Origin: an uncultured Desulfobacteraceae bacterium
GTDB taxonomy: Bacteria > Desulfobacterota > DSM-4660 > Desulfatiglandales > HGW-15
Direction: 5' to 3'
Length of the DNA: 60,278 bases
NCBI GenBank assembly: GCA_964526655.1
Contig: CAZGIZ010000004.1
Coordinates: 1 to 60,278 of the forward strand
Part shown: positions 35,690-45,263 of the stretch, one piece after another
How the letters are laid out: the number at the start of each line of letters is the position of its first letter
Position numbering within the stretch: the stretch's first letter is position 1
The notes under the pieces: generated by a model
Database searches by the model: none
What the model was told of the DNA's origin: nothing
What the model saw: the letters and a program-made list of their open reading frames with translations, nothing else
Translations under genes and position numbers: made by a program

Positions 35690-37774
35690 ATGGACGCGGT
35701 CAAGGCCGATCTAAGACAGACATCATTGTTGGCTAATATGGATATAGGGATCGCCGTCGGGATAGTGGGTATCCTGATGGTCATGATAATTCCCATGCCT
35801 ACCATTATGCTGGATGTCCTTTTGGCCCTCAACATAACCTTTGCCATATTGATCATCCTGGTCACCGTCTACGTGGCCAGGCCCCTGGACTTTTCCGTGT
35901 TCCCTTCCGTGCTGCTTATTGCCACGCTTTTCAGGCTCTCCCTGAATATAGCATCAACACGCCTTATACTCCTGAACGGTCACAGCGGACCCCTTGCCGC
36001 AGGAAAGATAATAAAGAGCTTCGGTTCATTTGTGGTCGGTGGAAATCCCACGGTGGGGCTTGTCGTATTCGTTATCCTTGTGGTCATCAATTTCGTTGTT
36101 ATTACAAAAGGCTCGGGAAGGATAGCCGAGGTGGCGGCCAGATTTACCCTCGATGCCATGCCCGGGAAACAGATGAGCATTGACGCTGACCTGAACGCCG
36201 GTCTGATCGATGAAGATGAGGCAAGGGCCCGCCGTGCCGAGATCTCAAAAGAGGCAGAATTCTATGGTGCCATGGACGGGGCGAGTAAATTCGTCCGTGG
36301 GGACGCCATTGCCGGTATAATCATAACCCTCATAAATATCATAGGCGGCCTTATCATAGGCGTGCTCCAGATGGGTCTGGATATCCGCACCGCGGTTCAA
36401 AATTACACCCTCCTGACAATCGGCGACGGGCTCGTCTCTCAGATTCCAGCACTGATTATATCCACAGGGGCGGGTGTGCTGGTGAGCAGGGCATCCTCTG
36501 AGGGGAAAAACATCGGGACCGAATTGGCCGGTCAATTAGGGCTGCATCCAAGGGCCCTTATGGTTGCATCGGGCATCATCTTTCTGTTCGCCCTCGCACC
36601 TGGGATGCCCATGATACCCTTTCTGCTGCTGGCTGGAGCGGTCTTCTTTGTCTCAAGGACAGTCAGTTCAAGGGCGCACAGCAGGAAAGAAATTGAGGAA
36701 GAAGAGCCCCAGGTATCTGAGGGCGAGGAATATAACCAGGAAGAGCTGGAAAGGCTCCTTCCCCTGGATGTCCTGGAGCTTGAGATCGGATACGGGCTAA
36801 TCCCCATTGTGGATAACAAGGGCCAGGGCAACCTCCTGGACCGGATAAGGGCCCTCAGGCGGCAGTTTGCCATGGAGATGGGGCTCATCATGCCCTCCCT
36901 CCACATAAGGGACAATCTGGAATTGAAGCCCAATGAGTATGCATTCTGTATCAAGGGCAATGAGGTGGCCAGGGGGGAGCTCATGGCGGATCATTACCTG
37001 GCCATCGACCCTGGAGACGCCAAGGCCAAGATAGAAGGAATCAAGACCAGAGATCCCGCCTTCGGGCTGCCGGCCGTATGGATCTCGCCAGAGAAGAAGG
37101 CGGACGCCCAGCTGGCCGAATACACCGTCGTGGAACCCGCAAGCGTGATCACGACCCATCTTTCAGAGGTGGTCCGGCAGTACGGCTATGAATTCCTCGG
37201 GAGACAGGAGGTGCAGCGACTGCTGGATAATGTGGCAAAAAGCTCCCCTAAAGTGGTGGAAGAACTTACGCCCGGTCTGCTGAGCCTCGGATCGATCCAG
37301 AAGGTCCTGCAGAACCTCGTTCACGAGCAGGTCTCCATCAGAGACCTCCTGACGATTATCGAAACACTGGCCGACTACGGCCAGATAACCAAGGACACGG
37401 ACCTTCTCACAGAGTACGTCAGACAGAGATTGGCCCGTTCCATAACCAGGCCCTATCTTGATGAGGATAAAACCCTCAAGGTCCTGAACGTGAAACCTGC
37501 CATGGAAGAGGTCATGGCGAGGGGCATCAACCAGACAGACTACGGGGCCTATCTCGCCCTTGGCCCCAAGGAGGCCGGGAAGATCGTAGAGGATATTAAA
37601 AAGGGCCTGGAGAGCATCACGGTCAAGATCGAACAGCCTGTGATACTCTGTTCAACCGCCATAAGAAGACACCTTAAGAAACTGTGCGACAGCTTTCAGA
37701 TCCAGGTGACCGTCTTTTCCCACAATGAGATACCGGGCGGTCTTGAAGTTCAATCCGTTGGAGAAATAGGTTGA
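35690..37774 (+). CDS. flhA: flagellar export protein FlhA
   Basis: RIAEVAARFTLDAMPGKQMSIDADL and FYGAMDGASKFVRGD. Confidence 0.97.
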   Translation: MDAVKADLRQTSLLANMDIGIAVGIVGILMVMIIPMPTIMLDVLLALNITFAILIILVTVYVARPLDFSVFPSVLLIATLFRLSLNIASTRLILLNGHSGPLAAGKIIKSFGSFVVGGNPTVGLVVFVILVVINFVVITKGSGRIAEVAARFTLDAMPGKQMSIDADLNAGLIDEDEARARRAEISKEAEFYGAMDGASKFVRGDAIAGIIITLINIIGGLIIGVLQMGLDIRTAVQNYTLLTIGDGLVSQIPALIISTGAGVLVSRASSEGKNIGTELAGQLGLHPRALMVASGIIFLFALAPGMPMIPFLLLAGAVFFVSRTVSSRAHSRKEIEEEEPQVSEGEEYNQEELERLLPLDVLELEIGYGLIPIVDNKGQGNLLDRIRALRRQFAMEMGLIMPSLHIRDNLELKPNEYAFCIKGNEVARGELMADHYLAIDPGDAKAKIEGIKTRDPAFGLPAVWISPEKKADAQLAEYTVVEPASVITTHLSEVVRQYGYEFLGRQEVQRLLDNVAKSSPKVVEELTPGLLSLGSIQKVLQNLVHEQVSIRDLLTIIETLADYGQITKDTDLLTEYVRQRLARSITRPYLDEDKTLKVLNVKPAMEEVMARGINQTDYGAYLALGPKEAGKIVEDIKKGLESITVKIEQPVILCSTAIRRHLKKLCDSFQIQVTVFSHNEIPGGLEVQSVGEIG

Positions 37775-37778
37775 TGAA

Positions 37779-38927
37779 ATGAACATCAAAAGATTCATTG
37801 CAAGGGACACCCGTGAGGCCCTCAGGCTGGTCAAGAAGGAGATGGGACCGGAGGCCGTGATCCTCAGGACCAGGACGATCCCCCCCTCCGGTAAAGGCCT
37901 GGAAAGGTCCGCTCAAAGGATTGAGATAACCGCCGCGGTTGATTACGACGCCCCGCTCATAATGCCTGAAAACACGAATCCCGCCCAGGACGGATTGCGG
38001 CAGATGGCCAGGGAGATCAGGGAAATCAAGGAAGCGCTGTTATGCGCCGACGCGGGCACCACGCTCAAACCCGAGATTTTTTTCAACAGGGACCTCCTAA
38101 ACAGGTATAAAAGCCTCAAGTTCTTCGGCCTGAAACCCGAGATCATCAGTGAACTTATGGATGCAGTACATGAAGACTCCCCTGCGACAAAAAAGGCATC
38201 CTCCCGCCTCCTCCAGGAATCCCTGTCAAGCGTGGTTTCCAGGATCAACATCGATGGAAGGGGGAGTGATAACACAAGGGGCAGAAAAATATATTCTTTC
38301 ATCGGGCCGACCGGTGTGGGAAAGACTACCACCCTTGCCAAACTGGCCGCCCTGAGCGTCGTTAAAGGGGGCAGAAAGGCTGCCCTGATCACCCTTGACA
38401 CCTTCAGAATCGCCGCGGCGGCCCAATTGCAGGCCTATGCGCGAATAATTGGCATACCCCTCGAAGTGGTTGCGAACTCCAACGACCTCCAGAGGGCCAT
38501 TAAGAAACACGGTGACTGCGACCAGATCTTCATTGATACGGCGGGAAAGAGCCCGAATAATAATCAGGACATTGTTGAATTGAGAAACCTCATGGGTATT
38601 AATGAAGAGATTCACCCCTTTCTGGTCCTGAGCGCCACGACCCAGTACCAGGGCCTTGTAAACACGGAAAAGAGATTCAGCACCTTGCCCTTTAAAAGCT
38701 ATATCTTTACAAAACTGGATGAGACCCAGGACGTATCCACAATGATCAATTTTTTGATATCACGAAAGAAACCCGTCACATATCTTACCACGGGTCAACA
38801 GGTACCGGAGGATATTGAGTTCGCTTCCAAGAAAAAGCTTGCAAGCCTGATCCTTGCCGGGATGAGAGAGACAGCGACTAAACCGAATCAAAAGAGGACT
38901 CGAGATGGATCAAGCCACCGCTCTTAG
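37779..38927 (+). CDS. flhF: SRP-family GTPase FlhF
   Basis: GPTGVGKTTT, DTFR, DTAG and TKLDET. Confidence 0.93.
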   Translation: MNIKRFIARDTREALRLVKKEMGPEAVILRTRTIPPSGKGLERSAQRIEITAAVDYDAPLIMPENTNPAQDGLRQMAREIREIKEALLCADAGTTLKPEIFFNRDLLNRYKSLKFFGLKPEIISELMDAVHEDSPATKKASSRLLQESLSSVVSRINIDGRGSDNTRGRKIYSFIGPTGVGKTTTLAKLAALSVVKGGRKAALITLDTFRIAAAAQLQAYARIIGIPLEVVANSNDLQRAIKKHGDCDQIFIDTAGKSPNNNQDIVELRNLMGINEEIHPFLVLSATTQYQGLVNTEKRFSTLPFKSYIFTKLDETQDVSTMINFLISRKKPVTYLTTGQQVPEDIEFASKKKLASLILAGMRETATKPNQKRTRDGSSHRS

Positions 38928-39795
38928 GAGCCTAATGAAATTGAATAATCAGAGACCTCTCGATACGACAAAGGGTATTGAAAAAACCGGTCAGCGGATC
39001 AGGGTCATATCGGTAACCAGCGGCAAGGGCGGAGTCGGCAAGACAAATATCGTCGCAAACCTGGCGGAGGCCTTCCAGGACCTGAAAAAGAGGGTGCTTG
39101 TCATGGACGCGGACCTGGGATTGGCCAACATGGATATCATGCTCGGCCTTAATCCACGTTATACCATTAGTCACGTCCTCAAGGGAGAAAAGAGCCTGGA
39201 AGAGGTCATAATAAACGCGCCAGGCGGTTTTAAACTCCTTCCTGCCGCCTCGGGGATCCAGGAGTTGACCGATCTGGATAACTCGCAAAGGCTCTTTCTC
39301 CTCAATGAACTCGACACCCTCCAGGAACGTTTCGATGTAATCCTGATCGACACGGGAGCCGGTATCTCCTCCAATGTCATGTATTTCAATTTCGCTGCCA
39401 TGGAGAGGCTGGTCATAGTCACAAATGAGCCGACTTCCCTGACAGACGCCTACGCCCTTATCAAGGTACTTGCGAATAAATATCATCAAAAAAGATTCAA
39501 GGTACTTATAAATTCCGCGCGCAGCAGTAGCGAGGCCGATAGGATATTCAGGAGCTTAAGCATTGTCGCTGACAGATATTTAGGATCTCTTTCACTGGAT
39601 TACCTCGGGTGGATCCCCTATGACAAACTGATCCCCAAGGCCATAAGAAACCAGAAGACGGTGCTTAAAATGCACCCTAATACACCGGCCAGCAAGAGCT
39701 TTATCGCCCTAGCGAAAAAGATACTTGCCAATGACGAAGAGGCCGTCTTTGAGGGAGACATCAAGTTTTTTTGGCACAGATTACTGAATTATTAA
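38905..39795 (+). CDS. flhG: MinD-like ATPase FlhG/FleN
   Basis: MDQATALR N-terminus, SGKGGVGKT, DADLGLAN and EPTSLTDAY. Confidence 0.93.
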   Translation: MDQATALRSLMKLNNQRPLDTTKGIEKTGQRIRVISVTSGKGGVGKTNIVANLAEAFQDLKKRVLVMDADLGLANMDIMLGLNPRYTISHVLKGEKSLEEVIINAPGGFKLLPAASGIQELTDLDNSQRLFLLNELDTLQERFDVILIDTGAGISSNVMYFNFAAMERLVIVTNEPTSLTDAYALIKVLANKYHQKRFKVLINSARSSSEADRIFRSLSIVADRYLGSLSLDYLGWIPYDKLIPKAIRNQKTVLKMHPNTPASKSFIALAKKILANDEEAVFEGDIKFFWHRLLNY

Positions 39796-39852
39796 ATTAT
39801 ACCGGTTTTCATGTGATGAAGAACATTTTCAGACTATCCGAAGGATAGCATA

Positions 39853-40638
39853 ATGGCAGGCATAGGTATAAACAGGTTAAAAAAATACCGTCAGGCCTTG
39901 CCCCCTTTGAACAACGGGTTAAATGCCGTTGACAGGGATACGCTCATATCCCGGTACGCCCCGCTGGTAAAAACCATAGCCGGAAGGCTGGCCATGAGGC
40001 TGCCTCAACATATCAATCAGGATGACCTGACAAGCGCCGGTCTTGTGGGGCTGCTGGATGCGATTGAAAAGTACGACGCGGAAAAAGGGGTGGAATTCAA
40101 ATCCTATGCCGAATTTCGTATTAAGGGGGCCATGATTGATGAACTCCGCTCCATGGATTGGGTTCCACGTTCCGTCAGGAGAAATGCCAAAAAGCTGGAG
40201 GAGGCCTACTCCAGGGTGGAAAACAGGGAGATGCGTCCTGCCATGGACCAGGAAGTAGCAAAGGAACTGGATCTGGATATGGAGTCCTTCCACAGGCTTC
40301 TTGACGATGCCAAGGGGATATCGATAATAAATGAATATGAGATTATCAATCATAACGGTAACTTGTTGAGCAATGGCCGGGACCAGTCGCCCCATCCAGG
40401 GGTCAACGTCACTCCTTCGGAAACCCTTGATCGCGCGGAAATCATCAATGTTATTTCCGGCGCCATAGAAAAGTTGCCCAAAAATGAGCGTACGGTGATT
40501 TCTCTATACTACTACGAGGAATTGACAATGAAAGAAATTGGCGAAGTGATGGGTTACACCGAATCAAGGGTCTCACAGTTGCACACAAAAGCGGCCATAA
40601 GACTGCGTAACTGTTTGAAGGAATATTTTGACAGATAG
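39853..40638 (+). CDS. fliA: flagellar sigma factor FliA (sigma28)
   Basis: DELRSMDWVPRSVRR, LYYYEELTMKEIG and TESRVSQLH. Confidence 0.95.
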   Translation: MAGIGINRLKKYRQALPPLNNGLNAVDRDTLISRYAPLVKTIAGRLAMRLPQHINQDDLTSAGLVGLLDAIEKYDAEKGVEFKSYAEFRIKGAMIDELRSMDWVPRSVRRNAKKLEEAYSRVENREMRPAMDQEVAKELDLDMESFHRLLDDAKGISIINEYEIINHNGNLLSNGRDQSPHPGVNVTPSETLDRAEIINVISGAIEKLPKNERTVISLYYYEELTMKEIGEVMGYTESRVSQLHTKAAIRLRNCLKEYFDR

Positions 40639-40640
40639 GC

Positions 40641-41237
40641 ATGGAAGAAGAGAAAGAGATAAAGGACCCGGCAATAGCTGATGAAGAGTTGGAAGACGGG
40701 GATACAGAAGTCGCTGATGAATCGGATAATAAGGACGATGATGGAAAATCCGGGCCTGTAAAAGGAACAGGACGTATCTTCATTGTATCCAGGAAATGGA
40801 TTTTATTGTCAGTTCTGGGTCTTTTTCTTGCGATGGCAGGAATAGGTGTCACTTTCTTCGCGCCCGACCTTCTAAGACGCAAGGAAGACGCCAAGCAAGA
40901 GACTAAGCTCAACTTTCCTCTTGCGAAAATCAACGAAGATAACCTGAAAGAAGAGGGCCTTTCACCATTTTTCATACCCCCTTCGACCATCCCTTCAAGG
41001 GATGCTATCAGGATCGATCTCTCGGTAATATGGGACGGATTGTCATCGATACGCTACAAGAAAAAGGAACTTAGGATAAGAAACGACATTTTCAAATACA
41101 TCATTAAGGTCGCTGAAGAGACAGACGAACTCAATTCCCGTATCCCTGTCATGGAAGAAGAGATCGGCAAGCTTCTTCAAGAATCTTTAGGTACGGGTGA
41201 CCTGGTGATTAGAATAAAGGAGATAAAGTATTTATAG
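40641..41237 (+). CDS. second, divergent FliL-like membrane protein
   Basis: Acidic N-terminus, one TM, and a C-domain with FliL-like pattern (LSPFFIP...RIDLSV...RIRNDIF). Confidence 0.55.
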   Translation: MEEEKEIKDPAIADEELEDGDTEVADESDNKDDDGKSGPVKGTGRIFIVSRKWILLSVLGLFLAMAGIGVTFFAPDLLRRKEDAKQETKLNFPLAKINEDNLKEEGLSPFFIPPSTIPSRDAIRIDLSVIWDGLSSIRYKKKELRIRNDIFKYIIKVAEETDELNSRIPVMEEEIGKLLQESLGTGDLVIRIKEIKYL

Positions 41238-41278
41238 AATACCTCCCTGATCCTCCTTAAAAAAGAGGAGCAAATAAA

Positions 41279-41551
41279 ATGGACATTTATTCAAAACTGG
41301 ACGGAACCGCGCCCCTCTCTCCCCCGTCGGGCGGAGTCTGGAAAATCCGTAAAAAAAGCAAAACGGACGACCAGCGACGCCGAAAGTTCAAGAGGCGAGA
41401 CGGGAAAGAAAGAGATATCCAGGACAACCTGGCCCCTGAGGAACAAGAAAATAATGTGGCCGCTGAAAGTTTCGATTCGGATGAACAGATCGGCTATGGT
41501 TCCGCGAAGAAAAAAAATCGCCTCAAACGGAAGATAGACCTTACGATCTGA
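41279..41551 (+). CDS. hypothetical basic protein
   Basis: GAGGAG RBS; K/R-rich; ends KIDLTI. Confidence 0.65.
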   Translation: MDIYSKLDGTAPLSPPSGGVWKIRKKSKTDDQRRRKFKRRDGKERDIQDNLAPEEQENNVAAESFDSDEQIGYGSAKKKNRLKRKIDLTI

Positions 41552-41564
41552 GAGATGGCTTTGT

Positions 41565-42053
41565 ATGGAGACCCAGAGCTGGATTATCGGCCAAATAATC
41601 ATAGACATATTTATGGCGGCCCTGCTTTTGTGGTTCATCAGATACCGAACCAAAGGAAAGGGAGCCGATAATAACCTCGGCAGGGTGTTTGAGCGTTCAG
41701 AGAAAATACTCTCGGAAATGAGGGAATTGAGCAGGCAGCTTGACAAAAACCTTGAAGAAAAGAGGATGCTGAGCAGGAAAATCCTTGGACAATTAGACGA
41801 GGGAATGCATCGTGCGGATGAGGCATACAGGCAGTTTCAGGATATTATCAGGGACTACGGCCATGATAGATGCCCTATTCCAGACCCTTTGGCAGACTCC
41901 AGCCGGATAAAATCATCTGTCAAGGCCCTTTTGGAAAGGGGTCTATCCAGAGAGGAGGTCGCACAGCACCTGGGAATCTCGGTGGGAGAGATAGAACTGT
42001 TAATCAAACTCCAGCCACAGGCCGAGGAATCAGGGACTCAGGAGGGCAAATAG
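41565..42053 (+). CDS. membrane-anchored coiled-coil/HTH protein (DUF2802/DUF6115-like)
   Basis: N-terminal TM, coiled coil, and C-terminal GLSREEVAQHLGISVGEIELL. Confidence 0.7.
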   Translation: METQSWIIGQIIIDIFMAALLLWFIRYRTKGKGADNNLGRVFERSEKILSEMRELSRQLDKNLEEKRMLSRKILGQLDEGMHRADEAYRQFQDIIRDYGHDRCPIPDPLADSSRIKSSVKALLERGLSREEVAQHLGISVGEIELLIKLQPQAEESGTQEGK

Positions 42054-42057
42054 GACA

Positions 42058-43203
42058 TTGATCCCCGACCAAAAAACGGGGACCGATGCCTTGAATCCTG
42101 TATATGAAATCTCAATAATGTTCAACCGAATCTCACAAATATTCTCTCCGCCTCCATCGACTCTAAAAAATTCCCATCAGGAGACCCCGCATTTTAGACA
42201 CGGTGAAATCATCAAAGGCACTATCATCCAGAAATTTCCCGGCGGGGGTATCCTCGTTTCTACCGGGGGAAGACAGTTTCGAGCGAACACGGTGCTGGAT
42301 CTGACAAAAGGGGATGAATATCGTTTCCTGGTAAAAATCCTTGGGTCCAGGATCGAGCTCAAGCTCCTGGACGTTCCAACCCAGAGATCCGCTTCACCTC
42401 TTCTGACGTGGCAGTCGATTCCTTCCCTGAAGGGCGGATTGGCCGGTCTTTTATTAGAACTGACAAAAGACCGTAACCTGCCAGGGTTGAATGCGGAGAC
42501 TGGCAATGCCCTGAAAAATCTGCATAATTTGCTTCCAGCCCTTATTTTCAGCGATCATGGCGAAAAAAATTTCTTATGGATAAGTCGTTTCATCCTTGGA
42601 AGCGGCCTCTTCTGGGAAAATAAGGTCCTTCAATACCTGCTGGGAGAAAAGAACAGGTCATGGAAGAGGCTTGTTTCCTGTGACCTAAAGGGTTCCCTGC
42701 TCCTCCTGGATAGGAGTCTCCAGGCCGAAGATCATGGAGATAAGGACGTCCAATCAATGGCCGAAAAAACAAAAAAGGCCCTGGAACTTGTCGAGCAGGA
42801 TCAAAAAGCGAACCTTTCTTCCTTGAGGGATCAGATGGGCTGGTTCATTGTCATACCCGGTTTTGAAGAGGATGGCTTCAGGTATGGGGCCCTCTTTTTC
42901 AATAAAGTTATGAAGGGTGAAGGCTTTCGCTTATCTCTCTTCCTCGAGTTCACCATGTTGGGGCGGATCCAACTGGATGTAACCATTATCGAATCCGTGA
43001 TAGGGATGGAAATACATACTGAGGACCAGGGCAAGGCCGACTTCGTGAATGAGAATCTGCATATCCTTAAAACCAGTCTCCAGGAATTGGGAATGAAGAC
43101 CGGCAGGATTACATGCACAGTAAAAGAGGTGGTCGGGTCCGATGAATTAGGCCCAGTTTCCGGAGAAGAGGAACAGCCATCACCGGTGCATCTGGTGATA
43201 TAG
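42058..43203 (+). CDS. FliK-like protein (second hook-length-control-type C-domain)
   Basis: C-terminal FTMLGRIQLDV...LHILKTSLQELG; directly precedes a stand-alone FlhB C-domain. Confidence 0.65.
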   Translation: MIPDQKTGTDALNPVYEISIMFNRISQIFSPPPSTLKNSHQETPHFRHGEIIKGTIIQKFPGGGILVSTGGRQFRANTVLDLTKGDEYRFLVKILGSRIELKLLDVPTQRSASPLLTWQSIPSLKGGLAGLLLELTKDRNLPGLNAETGNALKNLHNLLPALIFSDHGEKNFLWISRFILGSGLFWENKVLQYLLGEKNRSWKRLVSCDLKGSLLLLDRSLQAEDHGDKDVQSMAEKTKKALELVEQDQKANLSSLRDQMGWFIVIPGFEEDGFRYGALFFNKVMKGEGFRLSLFLEFTMLGRIQLDVTIIESVIGMEIHTEDQGKADFVNENLHILKTSLQELGMKTGRITCTVKEVVGSDELGPVSGEEEQPSPVHLVI

Positions 43204-43248
43204 GGCATGAAGGATATCAAGGTTTATGTCCAGGACCTGTAAGTTGAA

Positions 43249-43524
43249 ATGAAAGATCAAAAACTGAAAAAGGCCGTAGCGTTGAAATACGAACAGGCCA
43301 GAGATAACGCCCCCAGGATCACGGCAAAGGGCACGGGCTTAATAGCCGAGCGGATTATCGAGATTGCCCAAAAGGAGGGGATTCCCATGACGGAAGACCC
43401 AGATCTGGTGGGGGTCCTTGTACAGCTTGAGCTTCAGGAAGAGATCCCCCCCGAGCTATACAGGGCGGTCGCGGAAATTTTGGCCTTCGCCTACAGGCTC
43501 AATAGAAACATGAATAAGACCTGA
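43249..43524 (+). CDS. stand-alone FlhB C-terminal domain (FlhX/EscU-like)
   Basis: KKAVALKY...APRITAKG, IPMTED and IPPELYRAVAEILAF. It matches FlhB downstream of NPTH. Confidence 0.9.
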   Translation: MKDQKLKKAVALKYEQARDNAPRITAKGTGLIAERIIEIAQKEGIPMTEDPDLVGVLVQLELQEEIPPELYRAVAEILAFAYRLNRNMNKT

Positions 43525-43525
43525 C

Positions 43526-43966
43526 TTACTCCTCCTTGACCTTGTCTTTCTCTTTTTCCGATCTTTCAGCCTGGTCGTAAATAGCGGCTACTCTGTCATT
43601 TTTCGCGTTGTCGTCTTCCATCTCATAGACTACCGTGATAAGGTGCCTTGTTCCTTGAAACCTGTCAAGGGGGCTCACAATGAGTATGCCCAATCCGGAG
43701 GTCGCGAAATCCATAATGTCTGTGACCACCGTGTCCGTGACCTTTCTTTCCAGTTCGTATTCGTATATTCCCTGGTATTGTTCATGACCGATCCGCATTG
43801 TAGTGAGAGGACAACCAAGGTGGCATTCCGCCTCTGCCCTTGTCATGCCGATATAGATGGGCCCGAAGAGCGGTGTGGAAGAACCCATCCTCCTGTAGAG
43901 TCCCGGTGAGCACCCAAGTAGAAGTACAATCAAAAGCAAGGATAATATCCGTATCATCTTTTGCAT
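43526..43966 (-). CDS. putative lipoprotein, SmpA/OmlA(BamE)-like motif
   Basis: Lipobox LLLGC and IGMTRAEAECHLGCP. Confidence 0.65.
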   Translation of the reverse strand: MQKMIRILSLLLIVLLLGCSPGLYRRMGSSTPLFGPIYIGMTRAEAECHLGCPLTTMRIGHEQYQGIYEYELERKVTDTVVTDIMDFATSGLGILIVSPLDRFQGTRHLITVVYEMEDDNAKNDRVAAIYDQAERSEKEKDKVKEE

Positions 43967-44189
43967 CTCTTTATCCCCTTTATTGCTTCATTACATCTAC
44001 AATTTTTATGCCATTAGTGCCTATTTGCCCCTTACCAATCCGGGTCATGCCCATGAATTCTGTAAAAAATCCCTCTCCAATGGCCCGGATGATTCACTTT
44101 CCCATTTTTTCTGAACCCCTGGCCGCGGCAGGCGGGCATTATTCCACCATTACAATTGTGGAGCGAAGCGGAGCTGAATTTAAAATTAT

Positions 44190-44204
44190 AGGTAAAATTT
44201 TCCC
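44190..44204. promoter_or_regulatory. 15-bp palindromic enhancer candidate
   Basis: AGGTAAAATTTTCCC. Its reverse complement GGGAAAATTTTACCT is 14/15 identical to 24625-24639. Confidence 0.6.
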
Positions 44205-44344
44205 ACCCTTTGGGAAACGAATTCAGCTTTTCTTGTACCGGCCGGGTCGGAACCCTGCCCGATACCGTCTGCAAATCAGTTAAATACACGTAAAACAAGA
44301 TACTTATAGCTTATATCCTGACCCGAAAACCCTCCCTTTTAAAA

Positions 44345-44360
44345 TGGTATGATAATTGCT
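44345..44360 (+). promoter_or_regulatory. sigma54 promoter of the flgF operon
   Basis: TGGTAT-GATAA-TTGCT. Confidence 0.8.
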
Positions 44361-44407
44361 TTATAGACTGGAAAATCCATTCTTCCCATAAATCCGGAGG
44401 TAGTTAA

Positions 44408-45148
44408 ATGTTAAACGGGATGCTCGAATCATCCAGGGGTTGTCTAAAGGAAGAGATAAGGATGGATATTATCTCCAACAACTTGGCAAACTCCACTGTC
44501 ATCGGATTCAAAAAGAACAGGATCGCCTTTAAACAGATGCTTGCAGAGGCGACGGAAAATAACAGGGCCCCTGGGACCAGGGATGCCAGCCAGAACAATC
44601 TCATGATTTCCGTACGTACGGATATGAGCCAGGGAGATATCCGTTCTTCAGGAAATGACCTTGATCTGGCCATATTCGGAAAGGGTTTTTTCAAGATCAA
44701 TACTGAAAACGGAGTGCGCTACACGAGGAAGGGGAACTTTACCCTTGATCCTCAAGGGAATCTGGTGACCCAGAACGGTAACATGGTAATGGGTAAGGCC
44801 GGGCCCTTGAATCTCTCGGGAAACGAGATCGTCATAGACGGACTGGGATTTGTCTCGATAGACGGGGCCGCGGCAGGGCAGCTGGATATTGTGGATTTTG
44901 AGGACTATGACGGCCTCGTAAAAGAAGGAAAGAGCCTTTTCAGAAACAACCTTGATGAACCGGAGAAGGATCTTCCTGCCGACGCCAGGGTCAAGCAGGG
45001 TTACGTGGAGATCTCCAACGTAAACGTCGCAGAGGAGATGGTGAGCATGATTCACAGCCTCAGGGCCTTTGAAACCTATCAAAAAGCAATCAGGGCAATA
45101 GACGAACTCAACAACCAGGCCATTAACCAGGTGGGGAGGCTGAGATAA
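44408..45148 (+). CDS. flgF: flagellar rod protein FlgF
   Basis: ISNNLANSTVIGFKK, YTRKGNF and EISNVNVAEEMVSMI. Confidence 0.9.
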   Translation: MLNGMLESSRGCLKEEIRMDIISNNLANSTVIGFKKNRIAFKQMLAEATENNRAPGTRDASQNNLMISVRTDMSQGDIRSSGNDLDLAIFGKGFFKINTENGVRYTRKGNFTLDPQGNLVTQNGNMVMGKAGPLNLSGNEIVIDGLGFVSIDGAAAGQLDIVDFEDYDGLVKEGKSLFRNNLDEPEKDLPADARVKQGYVEISNVNVAEEMVSMIHSLRAFETYQKAIRAIDELNNQAINQVGRLR

Positions 45149-45263
45149 CAACAAAACCTTCGGGCGCCTGCCGGAATCTGCAGGCAGGCCGGGGGGAGGC
45201 TCACTGGGAAATTCGAATGGTCAGTGACAAGAGAAACAGGACAATAAAAAAGGAGAATAAGCG

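Noticed and set aside
17706-37774. Non-flagellar type III secretion system (injectisome)
   Set aside because: Rod, hook, L/P-ring, switch, stator and FlhF/G genes are present and there is no secretin, so the export genes are flagellar.
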